From positions 1-41,760 of the forward strand of contig JBBAAJ010000001.1 in NCBI GenBank assembly GCA_041658365.1: 41,760 bases of DNA. Direction: 5' to 3'. Position 1 is the stretch's first letter. Every line of letters begins with the position of its first letter. Positions 7,216 through 14,445 of the stretch are shown in pieces. Both the position numbers and the translations under genes were made by a program. The DNA comes from Candidatus Peribacteraceae bacterium. GTDB lineage: Bacteria > Patescibacteriota > Gracilibacteria > Peribacterales > Peribacteraceae. The notes under the pieces are model-generated. The model ran no database searches. It saw only the letters and a program-made list of their open reading frames with translations, and was not told the DNA's origin.

Positions 7216-8041
7216 CCGCTGCGGCATCGACCGCACGGCGCGTGTCCAGGATGTCGTGCGTCCTGATGAACCGCGCGCCGGACAGCACGGCGATCGCCGT
7301 GACCGCGAGTGTGGCGGGGAGCCGCTCTTTGGGCGGAAGATTCCCCGGACCCGCGAGGAACGATTTGCGGGAAGGGCTAACGAAAAGCGGGCCGATATCC
7401 GTGAGTTCCCGAAGGCGCCGGATCAGATCGAAGGAATACCGAGAATCGGAGGAAACGAAGTGCCCGAGCCCCGGATCGAAGATCAGTTGTGATTTCCGGA
7501 CTCCGGCGGAAAACGCAATAGCGTTCCGCTGTACAAAGAACGCACGGACCGTCGCAACCACATCCTCATACCGGACCGACTGGACCGTCGTCCGCGGCGA
7601 CGGATCTTTCGCGTACATGAGAATGTAAGGGCATCCCGCCTGCGCGATTGCCGGAAACATGTTCGCATCTCCCCTCCCAGCCGTGACATCGTTGATCAAA
7701 TCGGCTCCGGCCCGGAGCGCCCTGAGCGCCACCTCCGACTTGTAAGTGTCGACAGAGATCCACAGATCCGGCAATGCCGAACGCAAGGCGTCGATAACCG
7801 GAAGCACCCTCTTCAATTCCTCTTCAAGGGGGACGTCGATGGAGCCGGGACCCGTCGCTTCCCCGCCGATTTCGATGATGTCCGCGCCTTCTTCGGCGTA
7901 TCGCCGCGCCCGCGCAACAATAGCCTCCGTATCCATAGATCTGCTCTCCGGGACATAGGAATCGGGTGTGGCGTTGATCACTCCGACGACTGCGATGCGA
8001 TGCGAGAGATCGAGCACCCGATCATGGGACTTAAGCTGCAC
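7196..8041 (-). CDS. folP: Dihydropteroate synthase
   Basis: Motifs VVGVINATPDSY and GADIIEIGGEATGPGS, with the DPGLGH motif reading FDPGLGHF. GTG start at 8041. Confidence 0.93.
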   Translation of the reverse strand: MQLKSHDRVLDLSHRIAVVGVINATPDSYVPESRSMDTEAIVARARRYAEEGADIIEIGGEATGPGSIDVPLEEELKRVLPVIDALRSALPDLWISVDTYKSEVALRALRAGADLINDVTAGRGDANMFPAIAQAGCPYILMYAKDPSPRTTVQSVRYEDVVATVRAFFVQRNAIAFSAGVRKSQLIFDPGLGHFVSSDSRYSFDLIRRLRELTDIGPLFVSPSRKSFLAGPGNLPPKERLPATLAVTAIAVLSGARFIRTHDILDTRRAVDAAAAISGFR

Positions 8042-8107
8042 ACACAGAGGATCGCCGACAAACGATCAGGAGGCAACTGACCTCTCAAAGCCTGCTATAC
8101 TCGCCGC

Positions 8108-8272
8108 ATGTGGTTTTTTAGTAAACGCAAGAAAGAGCCGAACAAGCGGAGAAGGGTGATCCGGCGGCTCATCGTGGGGTTCATCATCGGCGGCGCCATC
8201 AGCTCCATCGTCGGTGGCGCGCTCCTCAGAGAGAAACGCAAGCAGCACTTGGGGGAGGATGCGGGGGAGTAA
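8108..8272 (+). CDS. Small single-pass membrane protein (54 aa), below the ORF-track cutoff
   Basis: My translation is MWFFSKRKKEPNKRRRVIRRLIVGFIIGGAISSIVGGALLREKRKQHLGEDAGE*. TGcTATACT (8093-8101) lies 6 nt upstream of the ATG. A hairpin follows the stop. Confidence 0.45.
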   Translation: MWFFSKRKKEPNKRRRVIRRLIVGFIIGGAISSIVGGALLREKRKQHLGEDAGE

Positions 8273-8275
8273 CAG

Positions 8276-8340
8276 TTAGGGTTTGGGTTAAGGGTTTGGG
8301 TTAGGGAAGAGTTTCCCAACCCTAACCCTAACCCTAACCC
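8276..8340. terminator. Telomere-like repeat hairpin between convergent genes (candidate bidirectional terminator)
   Basis: The G arm is ttagggtttgggttaagggtttgggttaggg (8276-8306). The spacer is aagagttt. The C arm is cccaaccctaaccctaaccctaaccc (8315-8340). The arms are imperfectly complementary because of unit slippage. Confidence 0.6.
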
Positions 8341-8952
8341 TCATTGTTCATTGCCCTTCACGACCAATTGCTCCACTTCCCTTACCGCCTCCTCCAGTCC
8401 CCCCTCTTTATTGACGACTTGCGCGTTCGTGCGGCTCGCCGCTTTCAATTCCTTCCGCATGCTCTGGAGGCGGCGCCTGAGTTCCTCTTCCGGCATCGGG
8501 GCGCGCCTCTGAATGTGCGCTGTGAGCTGCTCCTCGTTCTCGGGAAGGATGAAAATAGTCTGGAGCCTGTACGGTCCGTTCTTGCCGAAAGAAGGGGTTT
8601 TCCTGATGCTTTCGAATCCCTGGACATCCACTTCCCGGACAACGGTTTTCCCCTGCTCAATCGGTGGAATGATTTCCCCGAGGAGCGTCCCATAGCGTCC
8701 TCCGTGGTGCACCTGAGCCGTTTCAAGAAACTTGCCTTCGGAGAGCCACAGCGAAAATTCCTCCTCCGGGACGAACCGATAGAGGTCATCCCCTTCACCG
8801 TGGCGCCGGGGGCGCGTGGTCGCTGACCTCGGGAACACCAGTTCCGGATGCCGGTCGCGAAGCGTCTTGAGGATCACGCTCTTCCCCACTCCGCTCGGGC
8901 CGATGATGAGGACGAGTTTTCCGGGATGCATCTGTGAAGCATGGTAAAGCAT
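8341..8952 (-). CDS. gmk: Guanylate kinase
   Basis: P-loop LIIGPSGVGKS and RSATTRPRRHGEGDDLYRFV. 203 aa. The alternative start MHPGK lies at 8931. Confidence 0.93.
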   Translation of the reverse strand: MLYHASQMHPGKLVLIIGPSGVGKSVILKTLRDRHPELVFPRSATTRPRRHGEGDDLYRFVPEEEFSLWLSEGKFLETAQVHHGGRYGTLLGEIIPPIEQGKTVVREVDVQGFESIRKTPSFGKNGPYRLQTIFILPENEEQLTAHIQRRAPMPEEELRRRLQSMRKELKAASRTNAQVVNKEGGLEEAVREVEQLVVKGNEQ

Positions 8953-8990
8953 AATAGGAAGAATCCCTTTTCTTGCGCTCTATAGAGACA

Positions 8991-9019
8991 TTGAAAAAGA
9001 TTGACAAATCATGTACAAT
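8991..9019 (+). promoter_or_regulatory. Sigma70-like promoter facing an ORF-poor region
   Basis: TTGAAA (8991-8996), a 17-nt spacer, then TACAAT (9014-9019). The 12-mer aataaacagatt after the -10 also follows the -10 at 355-360. Confidence 0.5.
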
Positions 9020-9025
9020 AAACAG

Positions 9026-9402
9026 ATTTGTTCCTTCAAATCCTCTCAACACCTCATGGGTCTAAGCAGGGAGAATGATGGGATGGTCGCTGAGGATGCT
9101 CACGTCATTCCATCATCCTCCCTGCTCTTCGACCCCCAAAACTACCGTCCATGGGCACCAAGCACATGTACGTGCAGTCTTCCGACCGGAGAGTTCCCTC
9201 GCCCCACAAGGAAGAGGGATCCACAAACATACACACACGGCCTTCTTCCGGCCGATGGAAGATGCGATTCCCGACACATCGGGATACAACAAACACACAA
9301 CGGAGCGGTTCCCGCTTAGAGCCGCAAGAGGTGTAGGGAGCAGAAGGCGCCCGGTCGGCGTCTTCCGCGCTCAATTCACCTCTAAATGAATTGAGTGCAA
9401 AT
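9026..9402 (+). ncRNA. Candidate structured ncRNA of unknown class
   Basis: No convincing ORF lies between gmk and the next gene. The region holds a chain of hairpins: 21-bp stem 9065-9085/9106-9126, GCAC-atgtac-GTGC, GGCC-ttcttcc-GGCC, TCCCGA-caca-TCGGGA, and a 12-bp stem 9367-9378/9387-9398. Two stems contain G.U pairs only if read on the + strand. I found no RNase P, tmRNA or SRP motifs. Confidence 0.35.
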
Positions 9403-9471
9403 AAACGGGCATTCGGATCGGAGTTCCTTCAATCTCACGAGCGAGGGACTCCGACCCGGGTGCCCGTTTTT
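9403..9471. terminator. Compound hairpin with U-runs on both strands (bidirectional terminator)
   Basis: aaacgggca (9403-9411) pairs with tgcccgttt (9461-9469). The inner stem is tcggagttcc/gggactccga. TTTTT follows on the + strand and TTTATTT on the - strand. Confidence 0.6.
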
Positions 9472-10660
9472 AAAGCGGGGCTGACGGCATGCCGCTTCCG
9501 GATGCCGCAGAAGGTGCGACTGAGGAAGAAGAGGACGAGAGGACAGGCGCAGGCGCCGGAGCATGGATAAACCACTGGAAATCCGCAGGCGCCAGAGCGG
9601 GGACGAAGGTCGAGAGGCGGACGGGGCCGCACGCCTGGCACGTCGACTTCTGCTCCCAGAACACACGGACTGCCGGCACGATGTATGTCGGGCGCGCAGA
9701 GTCCCCGCGGCGGAGAACGTAGACGAGATCCGCATCGCCGTACGTGACGGTCACCGGTTTCCCCTGGAGCCCGGCCCCGCTGAGCGGCAGAAGTCCGCCG
9801 CTCAAAAGACCGGTTGCGAGTTCCTCACGGCTCGCGGACGGATAGTCGGAACGCGCGAACACCTGAGGCGAGAGGAGATTAAGGTTGAGTTCCGAGACGG
9901 TCCGCGACTGCCGATCGAGCTTGACCGACAGCGCATTGACGATTTGTCCGCGGACATCGATGACCTCGCTCCCCGAGAACCGGAGAGGCCAGCGCACAAC
10001 CGTGGTTCCTGCGATATCTGCCACAGACGGAGAGGCGAAGCCGGCACTCTCGATCCCGAACTGGGAAGCCGTATCGCGCGCGAGCGCGATCATCTCTTCA
10101 TCGCCGGCCCGGCTCGTCGCGGGGGCCAAAGGAACGGACGATCCTGTGCGGCGGATCGTCAGGAGACGATTCTGCAAACGGAGCGTAACGGTGAACACAC
10201 CGTTGGCCGTGCGGAACTCGAATCCCTGCGGCGAGAGCTGTAACCGGGTGAAGTCGAGCGGAACGCGCGCCGAGCGGAAGAGATTCAGGAAGAACGCGTC
10301 CTGCGTCCCGATACCCTGATCGCGGTAGAGCGCCAGCACGGAGGGGAGGGCGGGAAGAAGCCCGGACGTGACGACGTACGTCCCGACCGGCGAGATCGTG
10401 CCGCCGCTCAAGAGCGGGACATGGGGAGTGCGCGAAAATCCGCCATCCACTACGCCAAAGGCCTGGGGAGAGAGAACTGTATCTATGCTCTCCTGACCGA
10501 CCGTAGGCGGCACGTTGCCCTCGCTCGGGCGCTGCAGCGGACTTAACCGGAGCAGGAAGACGTTCGCTCCAATAGACAGGAGGAGAAGGAGGAGAACGAA
10601 CGGCTTTAAGCTCCTCCGGAGGAACGAGCGGAAACCGCGATCATGAGGATCGGTCATCAT
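9470..10660 (-). CDS. Hypothetical N-terminally anchored extracytoplasmic protein (396 aa)
   Basis: It starts MMTDPHDRGF at 10660 with a TM segment KPFVLLLLLLSIGANVFLL. The C-terminus is Ala/Pro/Ser-rich. The 870-aa ORF-track call is read-through antisense to the SLH gene. Confidence 0.7.
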   Translation of the reverse strand: MMTDPHDRGFRSFLRRSLKPFVLLLLLLSIGANVFLLRLSPLQRPSEGNVPPTVGQESIDTVLSPQAFGVVDGGFSRTPHVPLLSGGTISPVGTYVVTSGLLPALPSVLALYRDQGIGTQDAFFLNLFRSARVPLDFTRLQLSPQGFEFRTANGVFTVTLRLQNRLLTIRRTGSSVPLAPATSRAGDEEMIALARDTASQFGIESAGFASPSVADIAGTTVVRWPLRFSGSEVIDVRGQIVNALSVKLDRQSRTVSELNLNLLSPQVFARSDYPSASREELATGLLSGGLLPLSGAGLQGKPVTVTYGDADLVYVLRRGDSARPTYIVPAVRVFWEQKSTCQACGPVRLSTFVPALAPADFQWFIHAPAPAPVLSSSSSSVAPSAASGSGMPSAPL

Positions 10661-10726
10661 GGGGATGGTAAAAGAATATGAGTCACTCCAGTGCGAAGAA
10701 CTGCATGCGTACGTTACTATACAGCC

Positions 10727-13045
10727 ATGCGGCGATTGTTTGCCATCTTCGGCGCGATCCTGATCCTCCTTCCGGTCGCTGCCCGGAGTGCTCCGCTTAC
10801 CGACCTCTCCGCCTCCCCGTACCGTGACGCGATTCAGGAACTCACGGACCGTGGAGTCGTGCAGGGATACGAGGACGGGACGTTCCGGCCGGATGCGCCC
10901 GTCAACCGCGCCGAGTTCCTGAAGATCCTCCTCGACACGCGTTTCCCTGAGGCTCTGCCTCCGGACGATCTCCGGTGCTTCCTGGATCTCGAAGTCCAGA
11001 CACCGCAGTGGTACGCCCAGCCTGTCTGCCTCGCCCGCGCTCTCGGCATCGTGAGCGGGTACCCGGACGGATGGTTCCGCCCCGGGAAACCCGTGAGTCT
11101 TGCCGAAGCCCTGAAGATGGCTTTCCGCACGTTCTCTACTCCCCTCTCCTCCGGAAGCGGTCTCTGGTACGAGACATACCTCCTCACGGCGCGAATGCTC
11201 AATATCCTCCTCCCGCTCCTGAAGAAGCCCGCGCATCTCCTGACGCGGGGAGAGATGGCTTCGCTCACCGTGACACTCCTCCGTGAAACCGAAGAAGCAG
11301 CCAGGCATCCCCCGTCCGGCCATCCTGCGGTCTGCGGCAACGGGGCACGGGAGAACCCGGAGCAGTGTGATGACGGCAACACGCTTGACAGCGACGGCTG
11401 CAGCTCCATCTGCATCATCGTTCCCGAACCGGTGCGCCGCGCGTTCCTCCAGATCGACCAGCGCACTACGGGGACGCTCACGACCATTGCCCAGGGCCAG
11501 CAAGGTCTCCCGCTCCTGAAGTTCACCGCGCTGGCCGGACGCCAGGATGTCCTCCTCTCCTCCCTCAGGTTCGCGCCTTCCATCGGTTCGCTCGCATTCG
11601 GGCAGCACTACCGGCTCGCGATGGACCGGGATGGCGACGGGAAGTATGAGCAAATCGTGCAGGCCGACGGACGGGTGGATACCGGAACGCTCACATTTTC
11701 CGGCTTCACAGGGGGAGGCGTTCTCCTCCAGAAAGGACTGACGGTCCCGTTCATGGTCACGGCGGACCTTGCCGGGAGCCTCGGCCCCGTGACGATCGGG
11801 CTCGAGTTCGCGACGACGCTCCCTGACTACGTGGAAGCGCAGGGAGCAGAAGACGGCCTGGCACTCACCGGCATCGAGACGGACAATGCCTGCACTGCGG
11901 ATACCTGCTTCATCCGCGTGAACACCGAAGCGAGCACGGACGTGAATATCTCGGAGCATGGCAACCTCTTCGTCACGGCAGACACGGTTCCGGTGCGCAG
12001 CCACCTCCTGCTCGGAGGAACGGTTTCCGATGCGCTCCTGAGACTGAAGCTGCGCGCCGGGGGCGAGGACACTGATCTCCACACCATCCGTATCGACGGC
12101 GTCAGCAGCAGCGTAGACGCCCTGCTCCTGTTCATCGTGCCTCCGGGACAGGGGTTCGATCCCGGGAAATCACCACCCGTGGCACAGGCGACGAACGGCC
12201 AGTGCCCGACCGAACCCAAAACACGATTCTGCGTGAACCTGAGCCTTCGGACCATCCTCGTGACACCGCAGCAGGAAGTGACGCTCGTCATCGCGGCGAA
12301 GATGAAAACGAAGGCGCTCGGTGCCGTGAGCGGCGAGAACATGCGTCTCTCCCTCTCCCCCACCGTGATTCCCTCCTCCGTCGCCATCGAGGCGCGCGGC
12401 ACCTCCTCCAACCAAACGCTCCTTCAGAACAACGGCGATGAGCGGGAAGACGGCGAAATTTTCATCGGTGCCGCGCTCCCCGGACCCAACAGGCAGATCA
12501 TCGGTCCCATGCATGATACGGCTCTCGCGACGATCGCAGACATCGTGAACAGCGGTTCCGCGGAGGAACTCTTCATTCCCTCGGGGCAGAGGAACATCGG
12601 CGCCTTCAAGTTCATTGCTACCCCGCACGACAACTCTTTCCACGGCACGAACGACGTCATCATCAGAACCCTTCAGTTCCGTGTGTCGGCGCAGAACGTG
12701 CAGATGGATCCGCTGGGTTTCCGTCTCCGCGCGTCGGACGCCGGCACCACCATGCCCTGCACGGCGACCGAAACCACCGGCACGTTCACCGTGACCTGCA
12801 GCCATGTTGATGAGCAGGAGGTCCAGAGCGCTGTCTGGCAGGGCTCTTCGCTCGCGTACTTCCTCGATGCGAACGTCACGAACACGGAGATCGTCCCCGG
12901 CCCCAGTACACTCTTCGTCACCCTCCCCATCCTCGGCGACCGCACGCAGGAAAACTCCGTCCTCTGGAGCGACGGCGTGACGGATTTCTCCTGGGTGGAC
13001 ATCGGGAAGACCAGTGTGGATTCGACGATCTACAGACAAAAATGA
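10727..13045 (+). CDS. Cell-surface protein with a signal peptide, two SLH-like repeats and a Cys-rich DUF4215-like repeat
   Basis: Signal peptide MRRLFAIFGAILILLPVAARSA. SLH-like repeats: YRDAIQELTDRGVVQGYEDGTFRPDAPVNRAEF and ARALGIVSGYPDGWFRPGKPVSLAEA. Cys-rich repeat: CGNGARENPEQCDDGNTLDSDGCSSIC. A long beta-rich region follows. Confidence 0.85.
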   Translation: MRRLFAIFGAILILLPVAARSAPLTDLSASPYRDAIQELTDRGVVQGYEDGTFRPDAPVNRAEFLKILLDTRFPEALPPDDLRCFLDLEVQTPQWYAQPVCLARALGIVSGYPDGWFRPGKPVSLAEALKMAFRTFSTPLSSGSGLWYETYLLTARMLNILLPLLKKPAHLLTRGEMASLTVTLLRETEEAARHPPSGHPAVCGNGARENPEQCDDGNTLDSDGCSSICIIVPEPVRRAFLQIDQRTTGTLTTIAQGQQGLPLLKFTALAGRQDVLLSSLRFAPSIGSLAFGQHYRLAMDRDGDGKYEQIVQADGRVDTGTLTFSGFTGGGVLLQKGLTVPFMVTADLAGSLGPVTIGLEFATTLPDYVEAQGAEDGLALTGIETDNACTADTCFIRVNTEASTDVNISEHGNLFVTADTVPVRSHLLLGGTVSDALLRLKLRAGGEDTDLHTIRIDGVSSSVDALLLFIVPPGQGFDPGKSPPVAQATNGQCPTEPKTRFCVNLSLRTILVTPQQEVTLVIAAKMKTKALGAVSGENMRLSLSPTVIPSSVAIEARGTSSNQTLLQNNGDEREDGEIFIGAALPGPNRQIIGPMHDTALATIADIVNSGSAEELFIPSGQRNIGAFKFIATPHDNSFHGTNDVIIRTLQFRVSAQNVQMDPLGFRLRASDAGTTMPCTATETTGTFTVTCSHVDEQEVQSAVWQGSSLAYFLDANVTNTEIVPGPSTLFVTLPILGDRTQENSVLWSDGVTDFSWVDIGKTSVDSTIYRQK

Positions 13046-13066
13046 GAAACGTGTACAATGCCTGTC

Positions 13067-13402
13067 ATGGGAGACGATGAATCCCTCACGCACGTCGGCC
13101 GCAGCCACCACAGGGGTATCGAGATCGCCCTCGCAACACTCGGCGGATTTGCGGCGTCCTTCCTCGCGCTCGCGTTCACCGTCACCAACCGTTCCTTTCG
13201 CTCCCTCTCTGGCCAGCTCCTCGCCGGAAACCCGGAGGCGAACCGCGAGTTCCCGACTACCCTCAATACCATGCAGTCGGCGATCGAAGGGGGAAATCCC
13301 ATCCTCCGGTCCATGACGTCCTACGGGTGGTGGGTGGCCGTCATCATCCTCGGAGTCCTCTGCTCACTCATCCTCCTGAAGCTGGTGAGGAAGTATGTCT
13401 AG
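13067..13402 (+). CDS. Small two-TM membrane protein
   Basis: TM segments IALATLGGFAASFLALAF and WWVAVIILGVLCSLILL. TACAAT (13054-13059) lies 7 nt upstream of ATG 13067. The ORF-track start 13058 lies inside that box. Confidence 0.45.
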   Translation: MGDDESLTHVGRSHHRGIEIALATLGGFAASFLALAFTVTNRSFRSLSGQLLAGNPEANREFPTTLNTMQSAIEGGNPILRSMTSYGWWVAVIILGVLCSLILLKLVRKYV

Positions 13403-13418
13403 GCCACAAATGACAATT

Positions 13419-14303
13419 TCATTCCGTCATTGCCTGCCTCGCAAGCAGCGCCGCACCTCTGCGTGCCGCGTCGTCCAGAATCCCGCACGTGATGACCGGC
13501 GGTTGGCTCTGCGCAAGGAGCCAGTGCCTGAGCTCCGACTCGATCTCCTGGAGATATGGTTTGAGCGCACGTCCCACACTGCCCCCGAACACGATGATGG
13601 ACGGATCCAGCGCGTACGTGAGATCTGTCACCAGCCACGCAAGCTCGCGGAATACCTGGGGCTTCAGCGAAGTGCCCGCCTCCCCTTCCAGGTACTCGGC
13701 CGGTGTCCGCGCCCCTTTGCAGCGCCTCCCGAGCGCCGTCCCGGACAGGAACTGCTCCGCAGAGCCCCGATCATCGTCAGCCGCGTACGGAGGCTTCCCC
13801 GGCATGAGCAGCATGTGTCCGACTTCGCCCGCAAAACCTCTCGCACCGTGATAGAGCTTCCCGTCGATGACGATGCCGCCGCCCACGCCCGTTCCCAGCG
13901 TCACGCCCACCACCACGCGATGCCCTTTCCCCGCGCCCACGAGCGCCTCGGCGAACGCGAAGCACCGCGCATCGTTCTCGATGACCACCGGCAGCCCCGT
14001 GTGCAGAGCAATGTCCGCGCGGAGATCCGCACCCTCGGCTCCAGGAATGTTCGGCATCGTGAGCACGCGATGCGTATCGGCACGCACGAGACCGGGCACG
14101 CCCACCCCCACTGCAACGGTGTCGGTGGCCCGGAGCGCGTCGATCTCCGCAAGAAGATCTGCTCGAACCGCTTCGAAACCCCGCTCCGCGTCCGTCGGGA
14201 GCACTTGCTCGGCCTTCCGTTCCAGCGTCTTCGCGTCGTAGAGCGCGAGCGCCGTCTTGGTGCCGCCGAGATCGACGCCGAGGATGGTCGCGTTAGTGTT
14301 CAT
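13419..14303 (-). CDS. ROK-family sugar kinase (glucokinase-like) lacking the Cys zinc motif
   Basis: ILGVDLGGTKTALAL and the ROK signature VTLGTGVGGGIVIDGKLYHGARGFAGEVGH are present. No CxCGxxGC follows the GH. Confidence 0.9.
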   Translation of the reverse strand: MNTNATILGVDLGGTKTALALYDAKTLERKAEQVLPTDAERGFEAVRADLLAEIDALRATDTVAVGVGVPGLVRADTHRVLTMPNIPGAEGADLRADIALHTGLPVVIENDARCFAFAEALVGAGKGHRVVVGVTLGTGVGGGIVIDGKLYHGARGFAGEVGHMLLMPGKPPYAADDDRGSAEQFLSGTALGRRCKGARTPAEYLEGEAGTSLKPQVFRELAWLVTDLTYALDPSIIVFGGSVGRALKPYLQEIESELRHWLLAQSQPPVITCGILDDAARRGAALLARQAMTE

Positions 14304-14323
14304 GTCGCTATTTGATAACGTGA

Positions 14324-14445
14324 GAAGAATGAAGAATCAGGAATTATGAATCAAGAATGAGGGAAAGAGCGATAACGAGCAAAAAATTATTTCTGATTCC
14401 TGATTCCTGACTTGTCCTGAGCCTTGTCGAAGGATTCTTGATTCC
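14324..14445. repeat. Inverted tandem repeats (GAATCAG/GAAT units) spanning the ROK-GH15 spacer and the GH15 3' end
   Basis: gaatcaggaat (14334-14344) is the reverse complement of attcctgattc (14395-14405). The right arm reads ttctgattcctgattcctga. Confidence 0.8.

Noticed and set aside
9026-9402. RNase P RNA, SRP RNA or 6S RNA as the identity of the ORF-poor region
   Set aside because: I could not find the conserved P4 strands (GGAAAGUCC / ACAGAACCCGGCUUA) or the SRP domain IV GGAA/AGCAGC motif on either strand. I kept it only as an unclassified ncRNA candidate.
9476-9500. GGGGCTGA at 9476 resembling a tmRNA 5' end
   Set aside because: No matching ...CAGCCCCACCA 3' end or T-arm lies within 300-450 nt. 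There is no tag-like reading frame. The position lies inside the C-terminus of a plausible CDS.
9470-12082. 870-aa minus-strand ORF in the track
   Set aside because: Only the 3' 1.19 kb (9470-10660) looks coding, with a TM anchor after MMTDPH. The upstream 1.4 kb is antisense to the well-supported SLH-domain gene and is Arg/Glu/Gly-rich.
12170-13111. 313-aa minus-strand ORF, and 13395-14315 plus-strand ORF
   Set aside because: They are antisense to the SLH surface protein and to the ROK kinase respectively. Neither has motifs, and both have the composition typical of shadow frames.
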